Shown here one piece after another: positions 27,957-37,633 of a DNA stretch of 57,006 nucleotides; position 1 is the first letter of the stretch; each line of letters begins with the position of its first letter. A model generated the notes under the pieces. The model had not been told where the DNA came from and searched no databases. It saw nothing but the letters and a program-made list of their open reading frames with translations. This stretch comes from Actinomycetota bacterium (GTDB lineage Bacteria; Actinomycetota; Actinomycetes; S36-B12): NCBI GenBank assembly GCA_017857875.1, contig JAFMCH010000005.1, positions 1 through 57,006 of the forward strand, given 5' to 3'. The position numbers and the translations under genes were made by a program.

Positions 27957-29195
27957 CTAATAGGAAGGCTTGTCCGGTTCGATCTGATCAATCCATGCGG
28001 AGATACCGCCACCTACGTGCACGGCGTCGGCAAACCCAGCGCCCTTCACCACCGCGAGCACTTCTGCCGAGCGCCCACCCACCTTGCAGTGCAGCACGAT
28101 TGGTTTATCCGAGGGCAGCTTCTCCAGGGCCGAACCATCCATGAACTCACCCTTAGGAATCAACACAGCTCCTGGGATCTGGGCGATGTCCCACTCCACC
28201 GGCTCACGTACGTCGATCAAGATGAAATCGCGTTCGCCGCGATCGCGTTCGGCTAGCATTTCGGCAAGATCCTTGACGCTGATGGTCGACTCCCGGGCAG
28301 CCTCAGCGGCCTCGGTCGAGATGGTTCCGCAAAACGCTTCGTAATCAATGAGTTCTGTCACCGTGGGATTCTCGCCACAGACAGCGCAGTGCGGATCCTT
28401 GCGGATACGTACCTCGCGGTAGTCCATCTCAAGGGCGTCGTACACCTTGAGTCGGCCCACGAGGGGATCACCGATTCCCATGATCAACTTGATCGCCTCG
28501 GTGACCTGAATCGAACCGATCGACGCACACAGCACACCTAGCACGCCGCCTTCGGCGCACGAGGGCACCATTCCCGGGGGCGGCGGCTCGGGGTACAGAC
28601 AGCGATAGCAGGGGCCGTACTCGGCCCAAAACACACTTGCCTGGCCATCGAATCGAAAAATGGAGCCCCACACGTACGGCTTGTTCAGCAACACGCACGC
28701 GTCATTGACCAGGTATCTCGTGGCGAAATTGTCGGTGCCGTCAACGATGAGGTCGTAACCCGAAAAGATCTCCATCACATTGGTCGAGTCGAGTCGTTCT
28801 TCGTGAATCACGACATCGACATAAGGATTGATCTCCTTGATCGATTCGCGCGCACTCTCGGCTTTCGGTCGTCCGATATCACTGACCCCATGGATGATCT
28901 GCCGCTGCAGATTGGACTCATCAACAACATCAAATTCCACGATGCCCAGGGTGCCCACACCGGCGGCAGCCAAGTACATCAATGCGGGTGACCCAAGGCC
29001 CCCAGCCCCCACGCATAGCACTCGCGCCTTATGCAGGCGCTTTTGTCCGGCCATACCTACATCGGGAATGATCAGGTGTCGGCTGTATCGACGAACCTCA
29101 TCAACGGTGAGGCTATCGTCCGCGTCGACCAAGGGCGGCAAAGTGATTGGCAGCGCGCCCTTGGGCGTAACCGTGGACCGTGTGGCTGTTGTCAT
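27957..29195 (-). CDS. moeZ: Adenylyltransferase/sulfurtransferase MoeZ (ThiF + rhodanese)
   Basis: RYSRHLIIP, VGAGGLGSP, SNLQRQ, CYRC, rhodanese DVREP..HCKVGGRS; SD AAGGAG before ATG 29195. Confidence 0.93.
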   Translation of the reverse strand: MTTATRSTVTPKGALPITLPPLVDADDSLTVDEVRRYSRHLIIPDVGMAGQKRLHKARVLCVGAGGLGSPALMYLAAAGVGTLGIVEFDVVDESNLQRQIIHGVSDIGRPKAESARESIKEINPYVDVVIHEERLDSTNVMEIFSGYDLIVDGTDNFATRYLVNDACVLLNKPYVWGSIFRFDGQASVFWAEYGPCYRCLYPEPPPPGMVPSCAEGGVLGVLCASIGSIQVTEAIKLIMGIGDPLVGRLKVYDALEMDYREVRIRKDPHCAVCGENPTVTELIDYEAFCGTISTEAAEAARESTISVKDLAEMLAERDRGERDFILIDVREPVEWDIAQIPGAVLIPKGEFMDGSALEKLPSDKPIVLHCKVGGRSAEVLAVVKGAGFADAVHVGGGISAWIDQIEPDKPSY

Positions 29196-29205
29196 GGGTT
29201 TCTCC

Positions 29206-30180
29206 TTAGGGGGCGACATCTTCAGTGTGGCCGATGAACCGACGCCAGGCATCTGCAACCTCGGTGGGGTGCTCCATCATCGCGACGTGACCTGAATCGG
29301 GCAGGACGACGACGTGGGAATCCGCAAAGTGGCGGGTAATGCGATGGGCGGCCTTCGCATCGACGAGTTGATCTCTCTGGCCGTACACGGCAAGCGTCGG
29401 GCACGTGATTCCTTCAGCCATCCGCCACACTCGACCCGAACGCGGATCAACGAACGTGGCTATCAACCCGCGCAGGGACGACAGCGTGGCATCAGTGACA
29501 TGTGGCAGGCCATCGCGGCGACCGACCTCATCAGCGATCAAGGACCGCCGTTCGTCTGTCATCCGTTCCGGTCGCGCATAAACCGACTTCACGGTGTCGT
29601 TGACGCGCTGTTCCACCGGTAGTTTCAAATATCTGCTCACAATGCGCTCGCCGATGCCCGGAATCGCAATGAGCGGCATGTGCGCGGCGCCTCGTCGAAT
29701 CCGCTGGCTGGGCAGCGCCGGTGACAACAGCGTGAGCGAGGCAACAAGATCGGGGCGTACAGCAGCCACGTGCACCGCCACATTGCCACCCAGAGAGTTG
29801 CCAAACACATGGAAGCGCTGATCGGCCGAGGGGAATGTCGGATGACCTTCAATACCCAGCCCGTTGAGATGATCAAGTAACGCGATCACGGCATTCGCGT
29901 GCCCCCGCGGGTGGTAATCGCCGTCGCGAGGCGGGGGCGAAAAGCCGAAACCGGGCAGATCAAGGGCGATCATGGCTAGATCGTCATCCATCTCACCCAT
30001 AAGTTCGATCCAGTTGAGCGATGACCCGCCTAGGCCGTGAATCAGCACCGCGCGTGGTCGATCGTTGACAAACACCGGTACCGGGTCGATAGATGAAAAC
30101 CCCGACGGCGACAGTCGAACGGTGACCTCACCGGTGGCAACGGGCACCACCTGAAACTGCCAAGAAATCGGTGCGGACAT
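29206..30180 (-). CDS. Alpha/beta fold hydrolase
   Basis: HGLGG, DLPGFG, GNSLG nucleophile elbow, GHVAMME. Confidence 0.92.
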   Translation of the reverse strand: MSAPISWQFQVVPVATGEVTVRLSPSGFSSIDPVPVFVNDRPRAVLIHGLGGSSLNWIELMGEMDDDLAMIALDLPGFGFSPPPRDGDYHPRGHANAVIALLDHLNGLGIEGHPTFPSADQRFHVFGNSLGGNVAVHVAAVRPDLVASLTLLSPALPSQRIRRGAAHMPLIAIPGIGERIVSRYLKLPVEQRVNDTVKSVYARPERMTDERRSLIADEVGRRDGLPHVTDATLSSLRGLIATFVDPRSGRVWRMAEGITCPTLAVYGQRDQLVDAKAAHRITRHFADSHVVVLPDSGHVAMMEHPTEVADAWRRFIGHTEDVAP

Positions 30181-30262
30181 TCATCCATGATCGGTGTGCG
30201 GCCCGATCGTGTGGTGATCGGGGGTCATCTGAGCGGTCGAATCACGCGGCTACCATGGATTC

Positions 30263-30889
30263 ATGACCGTCGCCGGGGATCGCTCCACCACGCGATTGCC
30301 CCGCCAGGAGCGGCGGGCCCAACTGCTCAATGCCGCGCGTGAAGTTTTCGTCGCCCAGGGTTATCACGTCGCCGGCATGGATGACATTGCTGATCTCGCC
30401 GGGGTTACCAAGCCGGTGCTCTATCAGCATTTTCCCAGCAAACTTGATCTATATCTTGCCCTCCTTGATGAGGGCATCGGCGCGCTCTTGGCGACTCTGC
30501 AGTCGGCGATCTCGGCCACGAACGACAACCGCGAACGCGTTGAGGCAGCGGTCGGTGCCTACTTCGAATTCGTCGACAACCCGGGCAGTCCATATCGGCT
30601 GGTTTTCGAAAGCGACCTCACCCACGAACCGGCTGTTCGCGACCGGGTTGAGGCCGCCGACGCTGCTTGCGCGAGTCTGCTGAGCCGGGTCATCGCCGCT
30701 GATACCGGGCTCCTTGACGAAGAGGCGCAACTCCTTGCTGCTGGCCTGCTCGGCATGGCACACGTGGCCGCACGGCGATGGCTTCGAGACCGCGACGGAG
30801 TTGACCGGGCGACCGCAATCACGCTGGTGTCATCCCTTGGCTGGCGCGGCATCCGCGGTTTTCCGCGCAGTCACCCGCCCATGCCGTAG
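30263..30889 (+). CDS. TetR/AcrR family transcriptional regulator
   Basis: RRAQLL.AA..F...GYH...MDDIA..AGVTKPVLYQHFPSK HTH. Confidence 0.95.
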   Translation: MTVAGDRSTTRLPRQERRAQLLNAAREVFVAQGYHVAGMDDIADLAGVTKPVLYQHFPSKLDLYLALLDEGIGALLATLQSAISATNDNRERVEAAVGAYFEFVDNPGSPYRLVFESDLTHEPAVRDRVEAADAACASLLSRVIAADTGLLDEEAQLLAAGLLGMAHVAARRWLRDRDGVDRATAITLVSSLGWRGIRGFPRSHPPMP

Positions 30890-30961
30890 TGATCGATTTG
30901 GACTAACCTGCTCTTACACCGGGCCAGTCAGTCCCGTGCACCCAGTGGGAGGCGTTGTTTC

Positions 30962-31189
30962 GTGGAGGTCAAGATCGGCGTGCTGCACACCGCGCGCGAA
31001 ATCGTATTCGATAGCCCGTTAACCGCCGAGGAAGTGTCAACCGCCGTTCAAGCCTCGCTCACGAGCGACTCGGTGCTCAACCTGACCGACGACCGCGGCC
31101 GCACCATTTTGGTGCCCGCTGATCGCATTGCCTACGTTGAGCTCGGTGTACCCGCCACGCGACGCGTGGGCTTTGGCTCGACGGCCTAG
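30962..31189 (+). CDS. DUF3107 protein
   Basis: MEVKIGV...RE...LTDDRGR...IAYVELG..RRVGF. Confidence 0.92.
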   Translation: MEVKIGVLHTAREIVFDSPLTAEEVSTAVQASLTSDSVLNLTDDRGRTILVPADRIAYVELGVPATRRVGFGSTA

Positions 31190-31899
31190 GAGGCCAGACC
31201 CAAGGCCTGCATTCGACGGGTGTGCGCATCGGTGAGTCGCGCGAGCATGCGGCCGATTTCGGCCAGATCGGCGCCGGGATGGTCGACTCCACCGACGAGT
31301 AGATGCGTGAGCCCGTCGCGATCAGCGGCCACTCGCTGTGCCTGGCTGAGGGCCTCCCCCACCAGGCGGCGCCCCCACAGCGCAAGTCGGCCGCCCACTT
31401 TGGGGTCCCGTTCGATCTGGGCGCGCACCTGCGCGATCACGTAATCGGAGGTCTCCACATCTGAGCACACGCTCAGCACCAGGGCACGGGTGTCGGGGTC
31501 GACATAGGTGGCGATCTCACGGTAGAAGTCGCTCGCGATGCCGTCGCCGACGTAGACCTTCACCAATCCCTCCCACCAATCCTTGGGTGCGGTCTGGTCG
31601 TGAAATCCCGCGATCGCCGTTCGAAACGGCGCCATCGCGCTCAATACGTCTGCGCCCATCTCCTCAAGTCGATCACGCAGGGCCGTGAAGTGGGACATCT
31701 CCACATCGACGATCGACATCATCTGCACTTGATCGGCCAGGGTTGGCGCGAGCGCGGCGTCGGCGGCCATGCGTTGACAGGCGCTCAGCTCGCCGTAGGC
31801 GAGCACCCCCAACAGGTCGATCACACCCGCTCGATACTCATCGGTCCAGTCGGCCATATCAGCCGAAATCGGTACGCGCGGACGATCGTCACTTGCCAC
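31186..31899 (-). CDS. Ferritin-like fold protein (MiaE-like)
   Basis: DLLGVLAYGEL, EGLVKVYVGDGIASDFYRE, RLALWGRRLVGEALSQAQ, HTRRM; start approximate. Confidence 0.88.
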   Translation of the reverse strand: MASDDRPRVPISADMADWTDEYRAGVIDLLGVLAYGELSACQRMAADAALAPTLADQVQMMSIVDVEMSHFTALRDRLEEMGADVLSAMAPFRTAIAGFHDQTAPKDWWEGLVKVYVGDGIASDFYREIATYVDPDTRALVLSVCSDVETSDYVIAQVRAQIERDPKVGGRLALWGRRLVGEALSQAQRVAADRDGLTHLLVGGVDHPGADLAEIGRMLARLTDAHTRRMQALGLAS

Positions 31900-31999
31900 G
31901 AAGCGCCACCCTAGTACCCGCCGGGGTACCATAGGTCATCTGCAACCGCAGTTTTACTGGGGCGTGAGCCTCTGACGTGAACGAATTCTGGAGAACCCC

Positions 32000-33475
32000 C
32001 TGAGTCCCACTGAGAACCTTGTCCCTGTCATCGAGGAACCGACCGTTGAGATTGCGCCTACTTTCACCGAACTTGGCGCCGATATTGCTATCTCCACGGC
32101 TTTGGCCGAGCAGGGCATCGAACGCGCGTTTCCCATTCAAGCTATGTGCCTGCCCCTCGCTCTTGATGGGCGCGACCTGATCGGGCAGGCCAAGACCGGC
32201 ACGGGCAAGACCCTCGGATTCGGCATTCCACTACTGATGAAGGTCGACTCCACCCAGATCAAAGGCGCCGCCCCACAGGCCCTGGTCGTGGTTCCCACCC
32301 GTGAACTGTGCCTCCAGGTAGCTACCGACTTGGAAAAGGCCGGTAGTCAACTGGGCACCCGAGTGCTCAGCGTTTACGGCGGCCGGGCCTATGAACCGCA
32401 AATCGATGCCCTCACCAAGGGTGTCGACGTCGTGGTCGGCACACCCGGTCGGCTGATTGATCTGGCTCAACGCGGCAATCTGCGCCTAGGCGAGGTTCGC
32501 ATTCTCGTTCTCGATGAAGCCGATGAAATGCTCGATATGGGTTTTCTGCCCGATGTTGAACGCATCGTCGCGCTCGTACCCCCGGTGCGCCAGACAATGC
32601 TGTTCTCGGCCACGATGCCCGGACAGATCGTCAATCTTGCCCGCCGATACATGACCCAACCCACGCATATTCGCGCCAGCAACCCCGGCGACGAGCGCGC
32701 CACCGTCGATGCCATCGAACAGCACGTGTGGCGCGCCCATCCCATGGACAAGGTTGAACTGGTCGCACGAATTTTACAGGCGAACGGCCGCGGCCTGGCG
32801 ATGGTGTTTACCCGCACGAAGCGCAAAGCCCAAAAGGTCGCCGATGATCTCACCGAGCGTGGATTCGCGGCCGCGAGCGTGCACGGTGACCTCGGGCAGG
32901 GCGCACGTGAGCAAGCCCTGCGCGCCTTCCGCGCCGGCAAGGTTGATGTGCTCGTGGCCACCGACGTCGCCGCTCGTGGCATCGACGTCGAGGGTGTGAC
33001 CCACGTGGTCAACTATGAATGCCCCGACGATGAAAAAACCTACCTGCACCGTGTTGGCCGGACCGGGCGCGCTGGTGCCTCTGGTGTTGCGGTCACCCTG
33101 GTCGACTGGGAAGACGTTGCTCGCTGGCAGATGATCAACAAAGCCCTCGGGCTGGCCTTCGCCGAACCGGTGGAAACCTACTCGACGAGTGATCATGTGT
33201 TCACCGGCCTCGGTATCGACTCGAAGGTCACCGGGCGGCTACCACGAGCTGCGCGAACCCGCGCCGGCCTCGGGGCTGAAGATGTCGAAGACATAGGCGA
33301 ACCTCGCAAGAAGGCCGCGACTTCTACCCGCTCGACGAAGTCAACTCGGACAACCAAGCCCGCGGGTCAATCCGCGGCCAAAGCTGCCGATAAGCCTGCC
33401 GATAAAGCTGCCGCCACTGACAAACAGCGTCGCCAACGTCGTCGCACCCGTGGCGGAGCAACTAACCCCACCTGA
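32000..33475 (+). CDS. DEAD-box RNA helicase (RhlE-like); probable CTG start
   Basis: PTFTELG..FPIQ Q-motif region, AKTGTGKT, PTREL, DEAD, SAT, HRVGRTGR; basic C-terminal tail. Confidence 0.93.
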   Translation: MSPTENLVPVIEEPTVEIAPTFTELGADIAISTALAEQGIERAFPIQAMCLPLALDGRDLIGQAKTGTGKTLGFGIPLLMKVDSTQIKGAAPQALVVVPTRELCLQVATDLEKAGSQLGTRVLSVYGGRAYEPQIDALTKGVDVVVGTPGRLIDLAQRGNLRLGEVRILVLDEADEMLDMGFLPDVERIVALVPPVRQTMLFSATMPGQIVNLARRYMTQPTHIRASNPGDERATVDAIEQHVWRAHPMDKVELVARILQANGRGLAMVFTRTKRKAQKVADDLTERGFAAASVHGDLGQGAREQALRAFRAGKVDVLVATDVAARGIDVEGVTHVVNYECPDDEKTYLHRVGRTGRAGASGVAVTLVDWEDVARWQMINKALGLAFAEPVETYSTSDHVFTGLGIDSKVTGRLPRAARTRAGLGAEDVEDIGEPRKKAATSTRSTKSTRTTKPAGQSAAKAADKPADKAAATDKQRRQRRRTRGGATNPT

Positions 33476-33495
33476 TTTGACCCGTGCGAAACGAC

Positions 33496-33897
33496 TCAGT
33501 CGGGCAATACATTCCATGCGGTCAACGCGGCAATCAGTCCATCGGTAGTCGCCAGATCATGCAGTTGCGTCGCGGAGACCCACCGTGCATCACGAGCATC
33601 GTCACCGGCTCGAACTACACCAGCGGTCACGCGCGCGACATAGTCATTGACCACAAATATCGATCCCGAATCAGCCCGAACGCGTACTGATCCGACGAAA
33701 CTCTCCACCACAACGGTTAATCCGGTTTCCTCTGCCACCTCGCGCACGACAGCCTGCTCATCGGACTCCCCCACCTCCACGCGACCGCCGGGCAGTGACC
33801 ACCGTCCAGCAGCTGGCGCATGACCGCGTCGAATAACCAAAAGACGGCCCTGCTCGTCGTGGATGACCGCACCGACGCAGGCGATCAGCGGTGACAT
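33496..33897 (-). CDS. NUDIX hydrolase (MutT-like)
   Basis: WSLPGGRVEVGESDEQAVVREVAEETGL; AGDDA. Confidence 0.9.
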   Translation of the reverse strand: MSPLIACVGAVIHDEQGRLLVIRRGHAPAAGRWSLPGGRVEVGESDEQAVVREVAEETGLTVVVESFVGSVRVRADSGSIFVVNDYVARVTAGVVRAGDDARDARWVSATQLHDLATTDGLIAALTAWNVLPD

Positions 33898-33971
33898 GTC
33901 GCCTCCTGTGTGATCGGGAATTAGCCGAGGTTGGACCGGGTGTCCTCGATTATCGCGTAATCTGACCGGTC

Positions 33972-34679
33972 ATGACCTCACAACTGGCCACCGCGCCGCC
34001 CCACACCCCCTCTCGCTGGGCGCGACCCCTATTCGGAATCAACGCACTCGTGGCCTGGTCGGGTGTGCTCCTGCAATTTGTCTTGACCTCGCTGGGCACC
34101 TACCCGAGCGAGAACACCGTGAGTTCGATCCTGGGCAACCCCGACCAGGGGGCGCTGGGGCGTATCTTCGACTACTTCACCTACTTCACGATCCTGTCCA
34201 ACATTCTGGTGGCCGTCATGATGACGCTGCTGTTCATCAATCCCAGCCGCGATGGTCGAATCTTCAGGGTCCTCCGACTGGACACGATCTTGATGATCAC
34301 CGTGACCGGGGTGGTGTACAACTTGATTTTGGCCGGTGACGGACCCGGGCCGGTCGCATGGGGAGCCGTAGCCAATTCGCTCGAACACCAGATCACGCCG
34401 GTGCTGACCGTGGTCGTGTGGCTCGTTGTTGGTCCACGCGGCTGGATCAACGGGAAGGTCGTCGCATACTCGTTTGTCTTGCCCGTGGCCTGGCTGATCT
34501 ATGCGCTCATTAGAGGCGCGATCATCGATGCCTACCCCTACCCATTCCTTGATGTCATTGCCAACGGCTACGGCACCGTGTTTATCAACGTCATCGGGAT
34601 AATCATCTTCGCCCTGATCTTGAATCTGATCTTCTGGGGTATCGATTGGCTCTACGAGCGGGGCCGATCGCGCCGATAA
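33972..34679 (+). CDS. Pr6Pr family membrane protein
   Basis: YFTILSN, ITVTGVVY, H...P, YPYPFLD motifs. Confidence 0.85.
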   Translation: MTSQLATAPPHTPSRWARPLFGINALVAWSGVLLQFVLTSLGTYPSENTVSSILGNPDQGALGRIFDYFTYFTILSNILVAVMMTLLFINPSRDGRIFRVLRLDTILMITVTGVVYNLILAGDGPGPVAWGAVANSLEHQITPVLTVVVWLVVGPRGWINGKVVAYSFVLPVAWLIYALIRGAIIDAYPYPFLDVIANGYGTVFINVIGIIIFALILNLIFWGIDWLYERGRSRR

Positions 34680-34700
34680 TCGACCACCTAGATCGGTCGG

Positions 34701-35906
34701 TCACGTGCGCAGCTTGTACTCCTCCAGCAGCCGACGGGCAATAACCATCTTCTGAATATCGGCGGTTCCTTCACCGATCATCAGCATCGGCGCCTCGCGG
34801 TACAACCGCTCAATCTCGTATTCTTTGGAATACCCGTAGCCACCATGGATGCGGAAGGAATCCTCCACAACCTCTTTGCAGTACTCACTGGCAAGCATCT
34901 TGGCCATTCCGGATTCGAGATCATTTCGGTCGCCCGAATCCTTCTTACGCGCCGCCATCACCATCATCTGGTGGGCCGCTTCAACCTTGGTCGCCATATC
35001 TGCCAACCGGAACGCAACCGCTTGGTGCTCAGCAATGGGCTTACCGAAGGTGACACGCTGTTGGGCGTATTCGATACCCAGTTCGAAGGCTCGGGTGGCC
35101 AACCCGCAGGCACGAGCGGCCACGTTCACCCGACCCACCTCGACGCCGTCCATCATTTGGTAGAAGCCTTTGCCGGTTTCGCCACCCAGGATGGTGTCGG
35201 CTGGCAACCGCAGGTTGTCCATGATCAATTCGGTGGTATCGACGCCCTTGTAACCCATTTTTTCAATCTTGCCGGGGATCGTAAGTCCGGGAAGTACCTC
35301 ACCAAAGCCCGATGGTTTTTCGATCAGGAACGCCGCCATGCGCTTGTAGACGCTGGCACCCTCATCGGCGCCATCATCGGCGCGCACAAGCACGGCAACG
35401 AGTGTCGATGAACCGCCGTTGGTCAGCCACATCTTTTGGCCATTGAGAACGTACTCATCACCATCGCGCACAGCTTTGCTTTGAATCGCAGAGACATCCG
35501 AGCCACAGCCTGGCTCACTCATCGAGAACGCACCGCGAATCTCACCGGTGGCCATCTTGGGCAGGTAGTAGTCCTTTTGCGCCTGTGTGCCGTGATGCAT
35601 CAACATCCACGCAACGATGAAATGGGTGTTGATGACGCCGCTGACGCTCATCCAGCCGCGAGCGATCTCTTCGACCACGAGCGCATAGGTCAGTAGGGAT
35701 TGACCCAGACCGCCGTACTCCTCGGGCACCATCAATCCGAAAACACCGAGTTCTTTGAGGCCTTCGACAATGTCGGCCGGGTACTCGTCTTTGTGCTCAA
35801 GGAAGTTGGCGTTCGGGAGAATCTCGTTGTCCACAAAATCTCGCACCGCCTCCAAAATCTGCTCTTGGACATCATCAAGGCCATCGGTGTGGGCAAGGCG
35901 CGGCAT
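34701..35906 (-). CDS. Acyl-CoA dehydrogenase
   Basis: PEEYGG, FSMSEPGCGSD, LNGQKMWLTNG, IHGGYGY..EYEIERLYR..IGEGT. Confidence 0.95.
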   Translation of the reverse strand: MPRLAHTDGLDDVQEQILEAVRDFVDNEILPNANFLEHKDEYPADIVEGLKELGVFGLMVPEEYGGLGQSLLTYALVVEEIARGWMSVSGVINTHFIVAWMLMHHGTQAQKDYYLPKMATGEIRGAFSMSEPGCGSDVSAIQSKAVRDGDEYVLNGQKMWLTNGGSSTLVAVLVRADDGADEGASVYKRMAAFLIEKPSGFGEVLPGLTIPGKIEKMGYKGVDTTELIMDNLRLPADTILGGETGKGFYQMMDGVEVGRVNVAARACGLATRAFELGIEYAQQRVTFGKPIAEHQAVAFRLADMATKVEAAHQMMVMAARKKDSGDRNDLESGMAKMLASEYCKEVVEDSFRIHGGYGYSKEYEIERLYREAPMLMIGEGTADIQKMVIARRLLEEYKLRT

Positions 35907-35966
35907 GGTTCCTCCGAAAGGGTGGTGATCTACAAGGTGGACATCTGACCTGATGCTAACGGACGT

Positions 35967-36569
35967 TCACGAAATCGGCCTGCGCCAGAATCCGGCACCC
36001 GGATTGACAGCGGCCACCACGGCCACAAACGGCAGGGCAAACAGGGGTAGGACGGGCACGAATGACACCGCGAATAGCTGAGCCCAAAGCACCTGGAGCA
36101 GCACCGTCGGTGCCCACACGATGAAGAGTCCGACGATGCGATGGCCGACATCGGCATCTTTGGACAATATGCGGTCTCGAGCCAAAACCGCTGTGCCAGC
36201 GGCCGCCACCGCCGCCGGTGCCGCTGTCACTACGAGTGGAGCCGTGCCAAGTAGGACCGGCAGCCACACCAGCATCAGCGTTCCGATCAGGGCCAGCATG
36301 ATGACAACGCGACCCGACCTCGTTGGTGGCCCGAGCACCTCGCGCAGACGCTGACGAGTGAGCGCGGTGGGAACTGTGCTGGCCACCGTGTCGGCCAGCA
36401 CCGGAGCCAACAGCACATCGCGGGCCTGGCGCAGGGCCTGGAACCTGGCCGGGTCGCCCCCACGATCGGGGTGGGCCAACCGGGCCCACAGACGAAAAGC
36501 CCGCCTAATTTCAGCCTCGTTGGCCCCGGCAGCAAGGCCTAGGTGTGCCATCGCCTCAACCCGGGTCAT
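35967..36569 (-). CDS. J-domain (DnaJ-like) membrane protein
   Basis: LGL...A..AEIRRAFR..AR.AHPDRGGD...F, followed by about 4 TM helices. Confidence 0.8.
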   Translation of the reverse strand: MTRVEAMAHLGLAAGANEAEIRRAFRLWARLAHPDRGGDPARFQALRQARDVLLAPVLADTVASTVPTALTRQRLREVLGPPTRSGRVVIMLALIGTLMLVWLPVLLGTAPLVVTAAPAAVAAAGTAVLARDRILSKDADVGHRIVGLFIVWAPTVLLQVLWAQLFAVSFVPVLPLFALPFVAVVAAVNPGAGFWRRPIS

Positions 36570-36616
36570 GGCCCCTCCATCCCGACGTCGATCAGCACCG
36601 ATGCCGATCTGTGTAC

Positions 36617-37594
36617 CTACTCGGTCGGTGGCGTGAAGTGTTGGGTGCGTTGCATACCCGCGGCGCGACCCTTGGCTGAAATCACCAGGGCCATCTTGCG
36701 ACTTGCCTCGTCAATCATCTCATCGCCCAGCATGACCGCACCCTTGGCGCCACCGGCCGCTGAGGTGAAGAATTCATAGGCGTCCAGGATCATTTCCGAG
36801 TGGTCGTAGTCCTCTTGACGGGGGCTATAGACCTCATTGGCCGCCTCCACCTGACCCGGGTGCAGCACCCATTTGCCATCGAAGCCGAGCGCGGCACTGC
36901 GTCCGGCTACACGGCGGTACCCCTCGACATCCTTGATCTGCAGATACGGGCCGTCGATCGCGTGCAGGTCGTGGGCCCGGGCTGCCATGAGAATGCGCAT
37001 CAAGATGTAGTGATAGGCGTCACCTGTGTCGTAGCCGGGGGGCTGCTCGCCTACCACGAGCGACTTCATATTGATGCTTGCCATGAAATCGGCCGGACCG
37101 AAGATGATCGTTTCAACCCGTGGGCTCGCCGTGGCGATCGCATCAACGTTGATCAGGCCTAGTGCGTTTTCGATCTGCGCCTCAATACCGATGCGCCCGA
37201 CCTCAAACCCCATCGACTTTTCGATCTGCGTGAGCAAAAGGTCAAGGGCAACAACCTGATCAGCGGTCTGCACCTTGGGCAGCATGATGCAGTCAAGGTT
37301 ATTGCCAGCCCCCTCGACCACGGCTACAACGTCGGCATAGGTCCATTCGGTGGTCCAGTCATTCACCCGCACCGTGCGCACTTTGCCGTCGTAGCCACCC
37401 TCATTGAGTGCAGCCACGATGTTGACCCGAGCCTCTGGCTTAGCCAGCGGCGCTACGGCATCTTCGATGTCCATGAACACCTGATCGGCTGGCAGGCCGC
37501 GGGCCTTGTCCAACATCTTCGGGCTTGAACCGGGCACGGCCAGGTTCGATCGACGGGCACGCTGACCTTTGGGCACGCTGGGATGAGTTGTCAT
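36617..37594 (-). CDS. HpcH/HpaI/CitE family CoA-ester lyase
   Basis: RRSNLAVPGS, DIEDAV, VRVN, QIE, FGPAD, GFDGKWVLHP. Confidence 0.92.
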   Translation of the reverse strand: MTTHPSVPKGQRARRSNLAVPGSSPKMLDKARGLPADQVFMDIEDAVAPLAKPEARVNIVAALNEGGYDGKVRTVRVNDWTTEWTYADVVAVVEGAGNNLDCIMLPKVQTADQVVALDLLLTQIEKSMGFEVGRIGIEAQIENALGLINVDAIATASPRVETIIFGPADFMASINMKSLVVGEQPPGYDTGDAYHYILMRILMAARAHDLHAIDGPYLQIKDVEGYRRVAGRSAALGFDGKWVLHPGQVEAANEVYSPRQEDYDHSEMILDAYEFFTSAAGGAKGAVMLGDEMIDEASRKMALVISAKGRAAGMQRTQHFTPPTE

Positions 37595-37633
37595 GCGGGC
37601 AGATTACCGGAGGCATCGGCTAGCCTCACCCTT

